64,000 nucleotides of DNA, from positions 248,001 through 312,000 of the forward strand of contig CP142734.1 of assembly GCA_036630325.1 (NCBI GenBank). Reading direction: 5' to 3'. Position numbers and translations under genes: made by a program. Below the pieces are notes generated by a model. That model did no database searches. It saw only the letters and a program-made list of their open reading frames with translations, and had not been told where the DNA came from. This stretch comes from Vairimorpha necatrix (Eukaryota). Positions 23,257 through 36,178 of this stretch are shown in pieces (positions within the stretch are counted from its first letter, which is position 1; every line of letters starts with the position of its first letter).

Positions 23257-25809
23257 CTTTCAATTTATTTGTTTTCTTTGTTAATATTTAAGAAGGGTTG
23301 TTCCTGATTTCGTCTGCGGCTTTATGGTCTGTCATTTGAGAATTTCCTTCCTCTCAATTCGTATGAAAACTTTTCTATGCGCCATACAACCGCTAACATC
23401 TCCTTTTCCATTATTGCATATCTTCTATTATTGTGTCGATTTTTTCGAGGCACATTGTAGGCATCCACATCCATATTTATTCTTCTGATAAAGCACTTTA
23501 AGGAATCATTTGACATTTTCTTACATCTTTTGCACTTTTAGATGTTCTTGTAAAACATTTTACCTTAGTAAATATTATCTTTGCCTCCGATGGTTTTAAA
23601 AACCTGCAAATTATTCAACTTTAATTCTAAATGTAAGCTCTAATTTTCTCTTTCCAAATTATATTTGATCTTTCACACTCTTTAACACATGTTCATTCAT
23701 CTTACTAACATAATAAAACTTCTTTTTTTTTGTTATATTAAAATTGCTCCTCATATCCTTTCTGTCTATGCAATTCCTGGAAATATAGTCTTTATTTATC
23801 CCGTAGAACTTTTTCAAACACTTGTTTTTCTTCAACCCTTAATTTTAATACAATACTGACCCGCTTTTGTGACAGTTTTTCTTTAACATCCAAACGAAAT
23901 TTACTCTTATTTATAATTTCGGTGTTTCATATTTATTTTACAATTTCATTTCGATACATACAACTTTTTGCTTCATATCTCATCTTACCACATACAAAAT
24001 ACTACTTTTATTCGCTTCTTTTATAACAATGATTATCCGGAGCTGCTAACATCATGGCCTGTTATCTATTAATTTCATTTATTAGATCTTTTAACATTCC
24101 CCCAACTGACTCTTTAACTCTTTTCTTCCCTATTTATTCTTTCTCATCTTCTTCTTAAACTATATTTCCGATTTTCTATATAATTTCATTCCCATTTTTT
24201 ATTTTCTTAACAGATCCTGCAGTTCGATACTTGCTTGTCAGAATCCCTGCTTCAAAGACTTTCCTTCCACTTCTTCCTCCATTCTAGTCATCACTCCTAT
24301 TCTTTTGGCCCTTTTTTAGGTTCTGGCTCGCTGCCACGAGTCTCACTTGTCGTCCCACTCCTTTTGTGTTCGCCATGTTAGTACTTAATTCATTTGGGTT
24401 TAAACCCAACATATAATATGACTTTAGATTTTATTTCATAAATAGAAAAGTATTAATACATGTCAAATAATATTAATATCTTTTCTTATTATCTTAAATA
24501 TCTTTTCCTTCAATATATGAACTTTGAAATTAAAAACTAGATCGGATTTGTTCTTTATTATTCCTCAAATAATTTTTTTAGTAAAATAAATTTTTTATAT
24601 TATGATACGAAGCATAAAAGTATTTTTTAATAAATATGTATCTAAATTTTTAAATAAATCTTTTATAAGTTTATTTTACTTCAACAAGAAAAGAACCCGT
24701 AGTAAACCTAGGTCCTACGAAATTTATTTCTGATTTGATTGTTTTTTATAAAAAACAAAAATTTTAGGAAAAAACGGCTTCCAATTCAGAAGACAATTCT
24801 TAAAATTCAAACACAAAGACATACTCATTTTTCAATATTGCTAAATTTCTATTTTTATATCTAATCAACATTTTAATTTAAGTTCGACAAGTCTGCCAAC
24901 CATTTGACAAAATTTGTTATTTATAAATAAGGTTGAAAAGGTGTATTAAAAAACTTTTTATGCAAGGCCGACCTCACTTTTTTACATAAAAAACGATATG
25001 GCCGAAAAAAATTAAAATTATCTTTTCACGATAAAAACTATAAACAAGCTCTAAAACATGCTAATATTAACATCAACAAAAAAGTACTCTTGTTAATCTG
25101 AAGAATAAAATTATAATTAAGACTTAAGACGTTATAACGATTTTTGCGAACATTTACAACCTCTTGGATGTGAAAATAAGACTAAAAATCAAGTAATGAA
25201 ATATGGTACATTTCTGTCCGACAAGTTTAATCAATAAATTTGAACAATAAGAGCAAATCTATAAAAAATACCAACAGCAAAATACAATAAAAATTAATAC
25301 TTTGTAATTTAAACGAATTCAAAGGAAATTTTAAAGAGAAATGGAGTTGTTTTGAATGACAAACACAAAATGACAGATTAAATAGTATAGAAACATCTTA
25401 TTTAAAAAAAAAAAAGCATAAGTTTATCTATTTAAAGGATATTTTAATGTAAATCACATCAAAACAATGAAACGATAATATTGTCCTATAATCATGTCCT
25501 ATCAATGATAACATATAAGAATTTTAATATCTTTTAGCCATAAGAATTATTATAAACACATTTACATAATGTGTTGAACATAATTAGTTCCATAATTTCG
25601 GAAGAGCTGTATTTTATGCATAAACCTATATATTAAACTGATTCTATCCAAATCTTAATTCAAATTTTTTTTTGATACTTTGACCGAACAAATATTCTTA
25701 TAATTAAAATGATAAGCAAATAAAAATACCAAGGTTAAAATTGATATGTTTGAATATATCCTAAAAACATCATATAAAAAATAAAAAGAAAATACTAAAC
25801 GATATTTAT

Positions 25810-27486
25810 TGTGGCGCGCGAGCGTTGACCCCCTAAAAAACGTAAAAAAAATAAGAAATAAAAAGAACACAAAAAAATTTTAAAATTGAATTTTAATTAT
25901 AGTTTTTTAAGCCTTGACATAGGGAAAATTTGAGTTCCTTCTTCAGTTTCACATTTCACTCTGTTGTTTGAGAGAATTTCTATAATCTTAACTTCTTTAG
26001 AAAAAAATGAAGATAGTTTTAGTTTTTTTTGTTTTGATATTATTATCAAAATCTTTACCTACAGCGACTTTGTCCAATTTTAAAAGTATATTTTGAGATA
26101 TGAACCAATGAATGACGATCCACTCTTGCAAGGTAATTTATATCAACTGAACCAGTTTCAGTTTGTTCTTTAAAAACACTATTCGACAAATCTCTTTTAT
26201 TTACTGTCTCTAGTATAAACTCAAATTCTTTTAAGCTATCATCTGAAGACTCGTTCTCATCTTGCGTATAAACAGAATTAAATCCTGGTATTTTTAAGAA
26301 TAAATTAAAAGGAACCTGCTTTGTCGCACTATGTTTGGCCAAATTGTAGTTGTAAGCTACTTTATTTAGATGTTTCAGCCATTCCTTTTCTTCTTCAGTT
26401 TTAGAATTGTCAACTGCTAACAAACTTTATTTAAATACATGTTTTTGTATTGTTCGCGTTAAAGTTTGATTAAACCATTCTATTTGCCCGTTTGATTGTG
26501 GGTGACGGGCCTACTATGTTTTTGAACAATAAAAAAGTCTGAACAAAGTTTCCTTATATGGGAATTGCAGAATTACTTTCTATTATCGCTTTGAAGGATC
26601 TTGGGTGGACCTGTCATATTGTAAAATAAAAATTTAATTTTTTTTAGTAACCTCGTCACCCGCTTTACTTTTCAATGGAAAGGCCCAGGCAAACTTAGAA
26701 TACACATATATTATTGTTAAAATCCAACAATACCATCGTTAAACCTTTTATAGCGTGTCATATCGATTAAATCGATCATAAATCGTTCCACCGGTTTAGA
26801 GGCCGTAATATGTACTTGCCGCTCTAAATTTTTTAACGGTTGTGATTGTCCACATGTGATGCATTCGGAAACGATTTTTCTTATAATGTCCCTAGGAATT
26901 TTTAAAAAAACCTTATTGCATGATGCTTCGAATCGGTTAACGCCCCTGTGATGAAGCTGATGGAAGGCTCTACATTCCACTTAGATGGCCTCAAGCTGTT
27001 CACTATGAAAAACCTTGAGGTGGTTCTCATTAGCCTCGTCCCTTAAATATAGCGCCCCATCTATAAGAAGGTAATTACCAGCTTTTTGTTTCAACCGTTT
27101 TTTTGTTGCTTTTCTAAAACAACGTCATTGTCCCTGCCTAGTAAAACTAATTTTAAATTACTGTATTCACTAGCATTTCTAAGAGGAAGAATCATTTTTA
27201 AGAGGATAAAAAAAATCTTTTTATTTATCAATTGTCATTATGTAAGTATTTTTGTATTTTTTATTTTTTTTAATTTAGTATGCCATGGTCGAGTGGTATG
27301 CTTGCTTGATTTTTTCACGTGGGCCGCGGGTTCGAATCCAGTTTAATGCGTTTATTTTTTTAAAAAAGATTTAACTTAGACAGGGCTTTTTAAAGGAGGG
27401 GTCAATGCCTGGCGGGATTGAAGTTTCATTGAGGATCAATGCTTGCACAAGCTGGAAATCCTAGGGGTCAACGCTCGCGCGCCACA
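25810..27486 (-). mobile_element. Ginger2-like (KRBA2/SCAND3-type integrase) DNA transposon, pseudogenised
   Basis: Perfect 23-bp TIRs TGTGGCGCGCGAGCGTTGACCCC at 25810-25832 and 27464-27486. Integrase fragments HQLHHRG..CITC, ERFMIDLIDM, AWAFPLKSK, GPPKILQSDN, HPQSNGQIE, YNLAKHSAT. No RT or gag. Confidence 0.85.
27278..27350 (+). promoter_or_regulatory. tRNA-like Pol III A/B box module inside the Ginger-like element
   Basis: A box TGGTCGAGTGG at 27286-27296, perfect B box GGTTCGAATCC at 27329-27339, downstream T-run. The cloverleaf is poorly conserved. Confidence 0.6.
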
Positions 27487-29456
27487 ATAATTATACAGCC
27501 CCAACAAAGATTGTAATTTCTTCTTACTTTTAGGAATTGGTAACTGTTGAATGCTCCTAACTCTTTCTTCGTCCACACTTATTCCCTCTTTTGCTAGAAC
27601 AAGAGCTAAAATTTTTAATTCGGTCTTATTAAATTTGCATTTCTCCTTATTAAGTTTAAGCCCTACGACTTGAGCTTTTCTAATACCATTTTAACATCTC
27701 TCTTGTGATCTTCTTGTGTTTTACTATAAATTAATATATCATCCATACATACTACCACAAACTTAAACAAAAATTCCCTCAATATGTTATTCATCACCCG
27801 CTGAAATGTAGCTGGACCATTTCAAGTCCAAATGTCATTTTAGTAAATTCAAATAACCCTTCTCTACAGGCGAAGACTGTTTTTTCTATATTACATGGCA
27901 CCATATCAATTTGATGATATCCCGATTCAGCGTTCAATTTTGTAAAGAACGTAGCACCTTCTAATGCATTTATGAATTCTTCTACTCGAGGCGTTGGATA
28001 TGCGTCTCTAATCATCGCATCAATTAACCTTCGATAATCCACACATAATCTGTGGTCTCCATTATTTTTGGGACTATAATTTTTGTTGCTTCTTTATAAG
28101 CTTACACTAGATCTAATTATTCCACGTTTCAGATATTTTTTCACTATTTAAGACGCAATATCCTCTTTTGCTTCCATTACTTATACAACCTAGATAGTAT
28201 TGAGTTATCATCCTTTGTGATAATTTTATGATATCCTTTGGCTTTCCCTTTGCCAAAAGTCCCGATCTAATTTCCATTTTGTTATTTCCAAATTTTAAAT
28301 TTATCTTATACATGTCGAGTAACCCTTGTTCTATAATGCAGGGAGTTGATATCCCTAGTAATAATAAATTTATCTTCAAATATCATTCCGTTAATTTTTA
28401 TTTTAATTAATGTTTCTTCAATGGTCCTTATTTTCGATTCATTGGGTGCCTAAGTTGTTGCTTAGAACGATTAACAACGGTTTTATTTAGCAAAAGCTAA
28501 GGTCTTATTAGATTTATATCAGCACCAGTATCTATGAGCACTTTAAATTATATTTCCGAATCATTTAGTGACGCTTCTTTGAGCGTAGTCCTAGTATCCT
28601 TAAACTTTGCAAAAGGGTAATTATAAATAAATTCATCTACATCCACCCTTTTATTTTCATCTTACTCTTGACTTTTTTTGACTTTGCTAATATCTCTACA
28701 GTAGCTATTAAATTTACATCGTGCTACTATATGGCCTTTCTTTCCGCAAATAAAACATCTATTTTCCTTCTTCCTTTTGGAAGTCCAATTCTTTCTATAG
28801 TCGTTATTGTAGCTAATCGCTTTTACATCCACATAACCTCCATGCGAAATTTCAGTATAACGTGTATCATCCACTTCCATAACATTCCTGGAGGACTATA
28901 TAAGTACTTCAAGATAACATGTCTTCTTGTTTATTAATATCGAATTTGCTAATTGGTTTAGAATTCCTTTTAGCACAAAGGAGATCAATACGCCTTCCGG
29001 AACATTATCCCTGCGCGCCAATCCAGCCATCTTGTCTAGATAGTTGATGGCCGATCCGCCATGATATTGAAGGGCGGACAGTTTATCTATACTCACTTTC
29101 ATCGCCATGGGACCAACAAATCTTTCTCGAAACAGAAATTTCAATCTTTCCAGTGAAATACCAATTGGCTGCGCTATTAACCAATCCCACGCCTCTTCCT
29201 TTATCGATATTCTGAGCAAAAGTGTAAGTTTACTCTCACTGTGTTCCATCAGCCTCCCCACATCCTGCAAGTCCTCCAAGAACTGCAGTATATCATCCTT
29301 CTCTTCATTTCTAAAAATGAGAAAGTTCCTGACGTTGTCGCCAAATTTTTGGGATGAAAACATGGGTTTAATTATTATAAAATATTTAAAAAAGCACAGC
29401 GTCAAATATATCAAAACAATGACACGATATATTTGACATGTGTAGCACTTCCTACA
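27487..29456 (-). mobile_element. 3'-truncated Ty3/gypsy element D (5' LTR, PBS, gag, PR, RT)
   Basis: CCC-ATG at 29363 (MFSSQKFGDNVR). PBS TGGCGACAACGTCAGG at 29343-29328. Zinc knuckle CFICGKKGHIVARC, protease VLIDTGAD ~28530, RT DYRRL, SGYHQ, YMDD. It ends at the Ginger TIR. Confidence 0.85.
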
Positions 29457-31323
29457 CTATAGACAATAGAAAATCAAATAGTTTATAGAAATTATTAGAA
29501 AAAATTTTATACTACATGGAATCGAGTTTTATAGTAACTAATTTAAATTTTTTTGTTATTATAAAAGCTATTTTCTTACGCGTAAAACTATTATATAATC
29601 TAAGAGTTTGTTAAAAAATCAACAAATTTATGTGTTAATATTTTTGAGGGAAAGTGTTAGTTAGAATAAAAAACTCCAGGATCGCTCCAAAACAAAGACC
29701 TTAAAAACTTTTTTTTAAAAGATTTACGTAGATATAAAATTTGAAGATGTTTTATTCATTCCTTTTTTCCGCTTCGACTTTTCAAAAAAGAAGCTTTTAA
29801 AATAATAGTTTATTGGCTAGAGTAAACATTTAAGACTCTTATAATATTAAGAAATGCATTGTAGACTTTTTTCATAATAAATCATTTGTGTCTTATGCTA
29901 AAAAAATTCCGTTCCTTTTTGGTTTGTGGTATTTGTTACCAAATTACAAAATAGAATCATAGCGATTTTTACCACAAAAAGATTCTTTTTTGTCTAGAAA
30001 CTTATTATATTGACGCAATTATTTATTGAAGAGCGTAAAATTTTCCGTGATCTATTTTATTTCTATATATTACATTGACAAAATACTCTTGGAAATTTAC
30101 TCTAAGTATTATAGCAAGTGAGATGGTATAATTAAAGTTTTTATTAGTTATATGTAACAGCAATCCATTTCAAATATTCAAATTGCATTATAAAAGTAAA
30201 TTAACTACAGAGATAAATTTATGTGTACTAAATGTGTAAGTTTGCCAATTGAAGTAAATACTTTAAACCATTGTTTTATATATAAAAAAGCAGTATTTTT
30301 GATTCTTTTTATTTGAATGCAAGATACTATAATATAAAACTGATCGCAATATATTAATTCCCTGATATTGAATCACGGACAGAAGCTTTTATTAGGTATA
30401 TATATATATATAAGACGTTATAGTGGTTTTTTAAACAAACTACTAATATATTCGGCATCTCTCAACACTCTACGTAATATTTAGAAAATTAGAAAACCAT
30501 AAAGAACTGTGGCAATGTCTTATGGGTTTATGGATAATAGAAATAAGATTATAAGAAAATATTATGGTCGATGAAAAAAAAATAATACTTTTTGAGGATT
30601 CTTCAAAATTATCTGGAAAAAATCAAAGTTAATACTGACTTTCAAATCATACGTAATTTTAAAAAATTTGTGTTTATCGTTTTTTATATAGATTGTCAAA
30701 AGGTTTATAATAATGTAATTGAATTCTACTATAAACTTACTTTTATGTTTTTAAGTTTAAAAATAGATAAACTTAGTAGAAAAATATTATTGGAATTTTG
30801 TTGTTACGTCGTGTGTTATAAGTGATTTAAAAGGAGGGTTGGTAGACAATATATTATCGTAATAGGAGTAAAGGACACAAAATCCATTTTCAAAAATATC
30901 ATATGGATATATGGCAACAAGTTTATCTTGGCTAAAACCACTAGAATTTTATATTTAAAATATGATTTTTGGCATTATTTTTTTATAAGGGAGCTAGATC
31001 AAAAGTATATAAGACGATGTTTAAACAATGCACAAAGACTAAAAATTTTGACCTAGGTGTATTAAATTTTTTGCATTATCAATTTGAAAAAAATCGATTT
31101 ATTAATATAAAGAACAAATTTAGTTTCTACAATTAAAAACAACATTAAAATGCTTTAAAATGAACACTTTCTATAACTAACGAGAGGAAATTAACAAATA
31201 AAATTTATATATCAAAAGTAGCCTGACAATTTTGTTACCTGATAATCCTTAATTATGATGAGTTTCAATATATCATTTAAAAACTCCTTTTTAATATACA
31301 AAATAAAAATTTATTTTTGGGGC

Positions 31324-33295
31324 ATGAAATCAGTCAAAAACATTTTAAAATATGAAAATCTTATTCATGAAGTGAAAAATAAAGATGAAAAAATTCATAC
31401 TAAGTACGCTACTATAATCAATGGATTATCTGCTTCAATAGAATCTGGGAAACTTACTGCGGTTATGGGAGCCAGTGGTTGTGGTAAAACACATTTGTTT
31501 GAATTGCTTATAGGGAATTTACCAGCTGACTGTAAGACATCAGGGAAAATAACCTACAACGAACAAGAAAGAGATGAGAAAAATTGGGTTAAACAGATAG
31601 CATTTCTTCCTCAGGATGATATATATTATCCTGATTTGACCACTTATGAATCAATTATGTACAACCTCTCATTTAATTCGAATACCTATAAGGAAAATGT
31701 TAAGATAGCAAACGAAGCTATTGAAAGCGCATGCATTTCTAACAAAAAAGATGCTCCGATAAAAACCTTGTCTGGTGGTGAAAGGAAAAGAGCCATGATA
31801 GCTATTACAATGGCAAACAATCCTGAGATTTTAATATTAGATGAACCAACAACTGGTCTTGATTCTCATAGTGCATTGAAAATTGTTGAGAGTCTAAAAA
31901 AATATGCAGTTGATAATAATAAAATAGTTATAATGACAGTGCATCAACCAGGAGATGGTATGTTCAGTTTATTCGATGATTTATTATTTTTGACTAGAGG
32001 TGGAATGTTTTATTCTGGACCAGCTAATGAAATTAATAGATTCTTAGAATCAAATAATATTATTCCACCATCAAACATGTCACATTCAGAAGTGCTTTTC
32101 ATTTTACATTCAGATCCCGAAGAATCTGAATTTGCAAGAAAACATGAAAGTGTTGTTAAGGACATCGTTTATAGAAATGCAGTAAAAAATCAATTGCCAG
32201 AACCCAAAGTATGTAATAACAAAAAAATGTTTTTTTTTGATATAAACTTTAGACATGCTCTAATATTGGTAAAACATAATTTTAAATTAATGCTGAAAAG
32301 TCCGGATAGATTGAAGAATTTTATTTTATTTTTTTTACTAAGTTTTTTGTCTTATGTACGGATTATTTTAAGAAAATTTATGAATAAACCTGAAAAAATA
32401 GTTAATGTTTTTGAACTTCTGAGAAAAGCAAATTTAGATTTTTCCGAAAAGTTTGCCTTATCGTACGCATTGTTTACAAATGAGTTTATGTTTCAAATTG
32501 CTTTATGGACTACATATTTTAGTATAAACATGCAAGATGAAGTTATTTTGAAAATGGAATTGTTCACTAAAAAATATTCTGCAATGACATATTATTTGTA
32601 TAACTTTTCACAGAAGTTTTTGTGTTCCTACATTTTAATTACAATTGGATATTTACTTATGTTTATTATTGATTTTAATTCTGGTTATCCAAAAGAAATT
32701 ATGTATTTGTTATACCTTATTATAATACTATCATTATTTTTAACTATCTCAGTGAATTTATTGCTATCTTCGATTCCTTTAGGCAAAAAGATATCAAATT
32801 TGATGATCTTATGTAATACACTTGGAATATGGAATATGGAATATGCATACATTAGTAATTAATTGGTATAAGGATTCTATGGATCGTATCTGGGGCAAAT
32901 TACCTTATTTATTGGAATTTCTATTGCTTTTCCCAAATTATTGTTTAGACGTTTACTTAATGACTAGAATGCGAATTATCCGTAGAAATACAAAATCAGA
33001 CATTTTTTTCAAGTTTATTGAACTAATGAAAGGCTATGAATCGAAAAACAGAGAAACTTATGTAGAAGACTCTCCAATACTGAGAACCAGAAATAAATCT
33101 GCATACTTTGGATATTTAATACCCAATGAATACGGGAAAGACCCCAAGTTTGCTCTGTCTTTGGTTTCTTTTAATTTAAGACTTAATTCTTTTTTATATA
33201 TTATTCCAGCTAGTCTTTCTATCTGCGTAGTGTTAACATTGTTTATGATATGGTTAAGTAAAGTTCCTAACATCAGACTCACACTTATGAACTAA
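31324..33295 (+). pseudogene. ABCG half transporter paralogue, frameshifted at ~32823-32843
   Basis: NBD nearly identical to 14955-16943. The likely start is ATG 31324 (GGGGC-ATG), which aligns with the paralogue. A third TGGAATA unit shifts the frame, and the C-terminus continues in ORF 32822-33295. This could be an assembly artefact. Confidence 0.85.
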
Positions 33296-35487
33296 AATAA
33301 AATAGATCATTAGTTTTTACATTTATAAGATTAATTATTATATCATTTTAGACCTAAAAGAGTGTAAACATTTTTAACAGATGATAGAAATTATTTTTAC
33401 TTACAGATAATCAAATTACGATGTCAATTATTAGATTCCAATTATAACTTATCTTAAAATAATTTTTTTTAGTCTATTTTTGTTGTTTGAAATAATGTAT
33501 AAAACACAAATCAACTAATACACTAAGTTCAATATTGATCTATTATTATACCCATTTTACTATTATTTAAAATAAATTAATAAATTGAAAAATATAAAGC
33601 TGAATTTATAATTAATAATAGAATTTGTTTGTTTGACAGATTACTCTGTTTTTACGGTTATTTTTAACGTATGACAAACTTATGTTGTAAATTCTTGTCC
33701 ATGAACAAAATATGTAAAATATTCGAATGGGTTGTTTGCACAAGAAGTGCATAAAAAATTATTTTTTATCAAAAAGTGATTTTAATTTATAAAACTATCG
33801 TATTTGTGATATAAAGCGTAAATTTTATCTTTTTACGTTTTTTATTGTAATTTTATTGACTCAAACATTTACTTTGTAGTTAATTACAATTATTGAACTA
33901 AAATATGATTTTGTTTGTATTGTATTTCCACATAAAGTTATTTAAGAACTGTCTTAAAATTTCAGAATTATTTTTTTCATCTTTACATTCTTAATAATGG
34001 TCTCCTTATTTACAAATGTTCAAAATTTACTTTTTTAGGTTAGCGTCTCCCAATTTGCATTTATATTTCTTTTGCTTTTTTTCGTAATTTAAATTTAACT
34101 AATAGAACAATTATTTGTTAATTTCATAACTTTAGTACAGCAATATCTGGGGTCGACGACTATGTCAGGAAAAAAAGCTATTTAAGAATAAAAAAACTTT
34201 AATTTGGTTTATCGCAAGTAATATGTATATTTTTTCAAATACAAATTTATTCTATTAAACAAATGAGTAGCAAGGGCCAGAACGAAGTTTACAAAAATTG
34301 ACCCTTCCTCAATGAGTTAAGAAGTTGATACAATTTCAAAAATATTGTATTAGTAATAAAAAGCGTTCTATTTATCAAAATCAATTTTATGCCTAATATA
34401 TCTCAAACACCCAATTTGGAGGTTCTCTTTTTGTATAGCCTTATATTAATATTTTATAAGATAAATATAAATATTAAGTAGGTCTAAAAACAAAAAAGTT
34501 GTAATTTCATGATATTATTGCATGTTAAATATATCAATTACAGTTATTTAACAAAAACTTGTCAAACATTTGATTGGATTCAAAAAAATTAAAGAGGTCT
34601 TTTTATTTCTTTCAATAAAGATTTATCTGCTAAAAAGAATTGAGAAATTAAATACTGCGGTATTTTTGTGAGATTTTTGATAAAATGTAATTTATATAAA
34701 AATTATGAAAAACTGTGGAATAAAACAGTTTGATATTTTTATTTCAAATTCAAAAGCACAGTTTTTTTTTTAATAACTTTCAAGCTTTGAATTTTCGTTC
34801 AAAGACGAAATTTTCACTTATTCAGGTTGATGAAAGAAATTAATATATACTTTTGTGAAAAAATTCTCAAAAAAAATTATCCCCATAAGGTTTTTTTTAG
34901 TAGCATTAACGCTTTTTGTTATTATTTCGATCTACCATAGATATATTTTCTTGTACAATTGTCAAACTAATGTTTTTCGGTAAATCTATTTTGTTTTATT
35001 CTAACCAACGTTTCTGATTATACAAGTGTTAAATAACATTTAACCAAAATAAAATTTTCAGATATAGAACGCACAACACATTTTTTAAAAAAAAAACACC
35101 AACGAATAATCCTTGTGGCACGGGCTGCCTCTCTGGCTCTAGGTGTGTCTTAATATTAGTTTTTACTAAACTTTTTATTGGTTTTGGCTTTTCTCATAAC
35201 TCGACGAATGGCTGAAAATTCGCTCTTTTATGTTGAATTTTTAATTAATGTCAAAGTTGTCAAGAATAGGAGGGAAAACTGTTCTCTAAAGTTTTTTTCA
35301 TATTATGGCATTTTAGGTGAAAACATTCATTTTCTCGTTCGTCATTTGTTTGTCGACGATGACGTATTTGTTTACGCCGCCGATTGGCTCTGATTGAGAT
35401 TTGAACGCCGAGTGTTTTTAGTTTAGAAGTTTGTTTTACTTTCAAGAATTCAAGAAGGCTATCGTGTGACAATCCTCACTTTGTATA

Positions 35488-36178
35488 TGTTGAAAATATA
35501 TATTTAATAAATTTAAACCTGCACTTACAATTATCTTTAAAATGATGGAGAATAAAAACACTGAACCCAAACAAAAAACAAAAAGAAGAGGATGTAAGTT
35601 CCGTCGAGGCATAAGATATAAACAAAAAATGCAGCATAGATTAGAATGGAGATGGTTGGTTGTCTAACAGGAGAGAAGGTGATGGCTTGCACTAGTCGAG
35701 GGACCGGAATAGGTGAAGATGTTAAGGTGCAATGAAGAGCTATTAAGAAACAGTATTGACTGTAATAAGATCTAGCATAAGAGATGTGCAGATGTATGGA
35801 GTAGTACATTCCACCATTAACATTTAAGCTATCGTGGCAAGATAGCTGAATTCCTAGTGTGTAAAATCTAGAGAGATTTAAAAAAGAAGAAATCAAAAAG
35901 AAACTGTGTTGTCTTTGAAAAATGAGATAGGCGGATAAAAATCGGTTTCATTATTGGGGAGACATGTGTAAAGAAAACCCATATGCCCATAGACTTTGAG
36001 TATTTTAACAGGGAAAGACGTACCGTATAGACCAATACAAGCAGTGATAGTAAGATGCGAAAGAATAGAGTGCAGCTCATGCTCAATTACCTTAAAAAAT
36101 GCATTTTATCTTGAAAGCCAAGTGGTAGGTGTAGGAAGTTGAAAATATATATTTAATAAATTTAACCTCAAACTAACA
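35488..36178 (+). mobile_element. Internally deleted LTR element (TRIM-like) with ~42-bp terminal direct repeats
   Basis: GTTGAAAATATATATTTAATAAATTTAA..CT.ACA occurs at 35488-35529 and 36137-36178. A purine-rich tract precedes the second copy. The interior is degenerate and purine-rich. Confidence 0.55.

Larger units (their letters stand above)
20536..24411 (-). mobile_element. Degenerate Ty3/gypsy element C, host to a nested Merlin and a solo LTR
   Basis: PBS-like TGGCGAACACAAAAG at 24375 follows a short TG..CA repeat (24411-24376). RNase H fragments EKEMLAVVW..YELRGRKF, TDHKA, IQEY, NADAFSR. Integrase YY..P..C fragment spans the Merlin. PPT GAGGAGGAGA then TGTTAGGTTT at 20583. The LTRs are only loosely similar and no TSD was found. 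Confidence 0.7.

Noticed and set aside
31255-31323. N-terminal extension of ABCG copy 2
   Set aside because: The paralogue aligns from ATG 31324, which has the GGG context. The extension corresponds to the promoter region.
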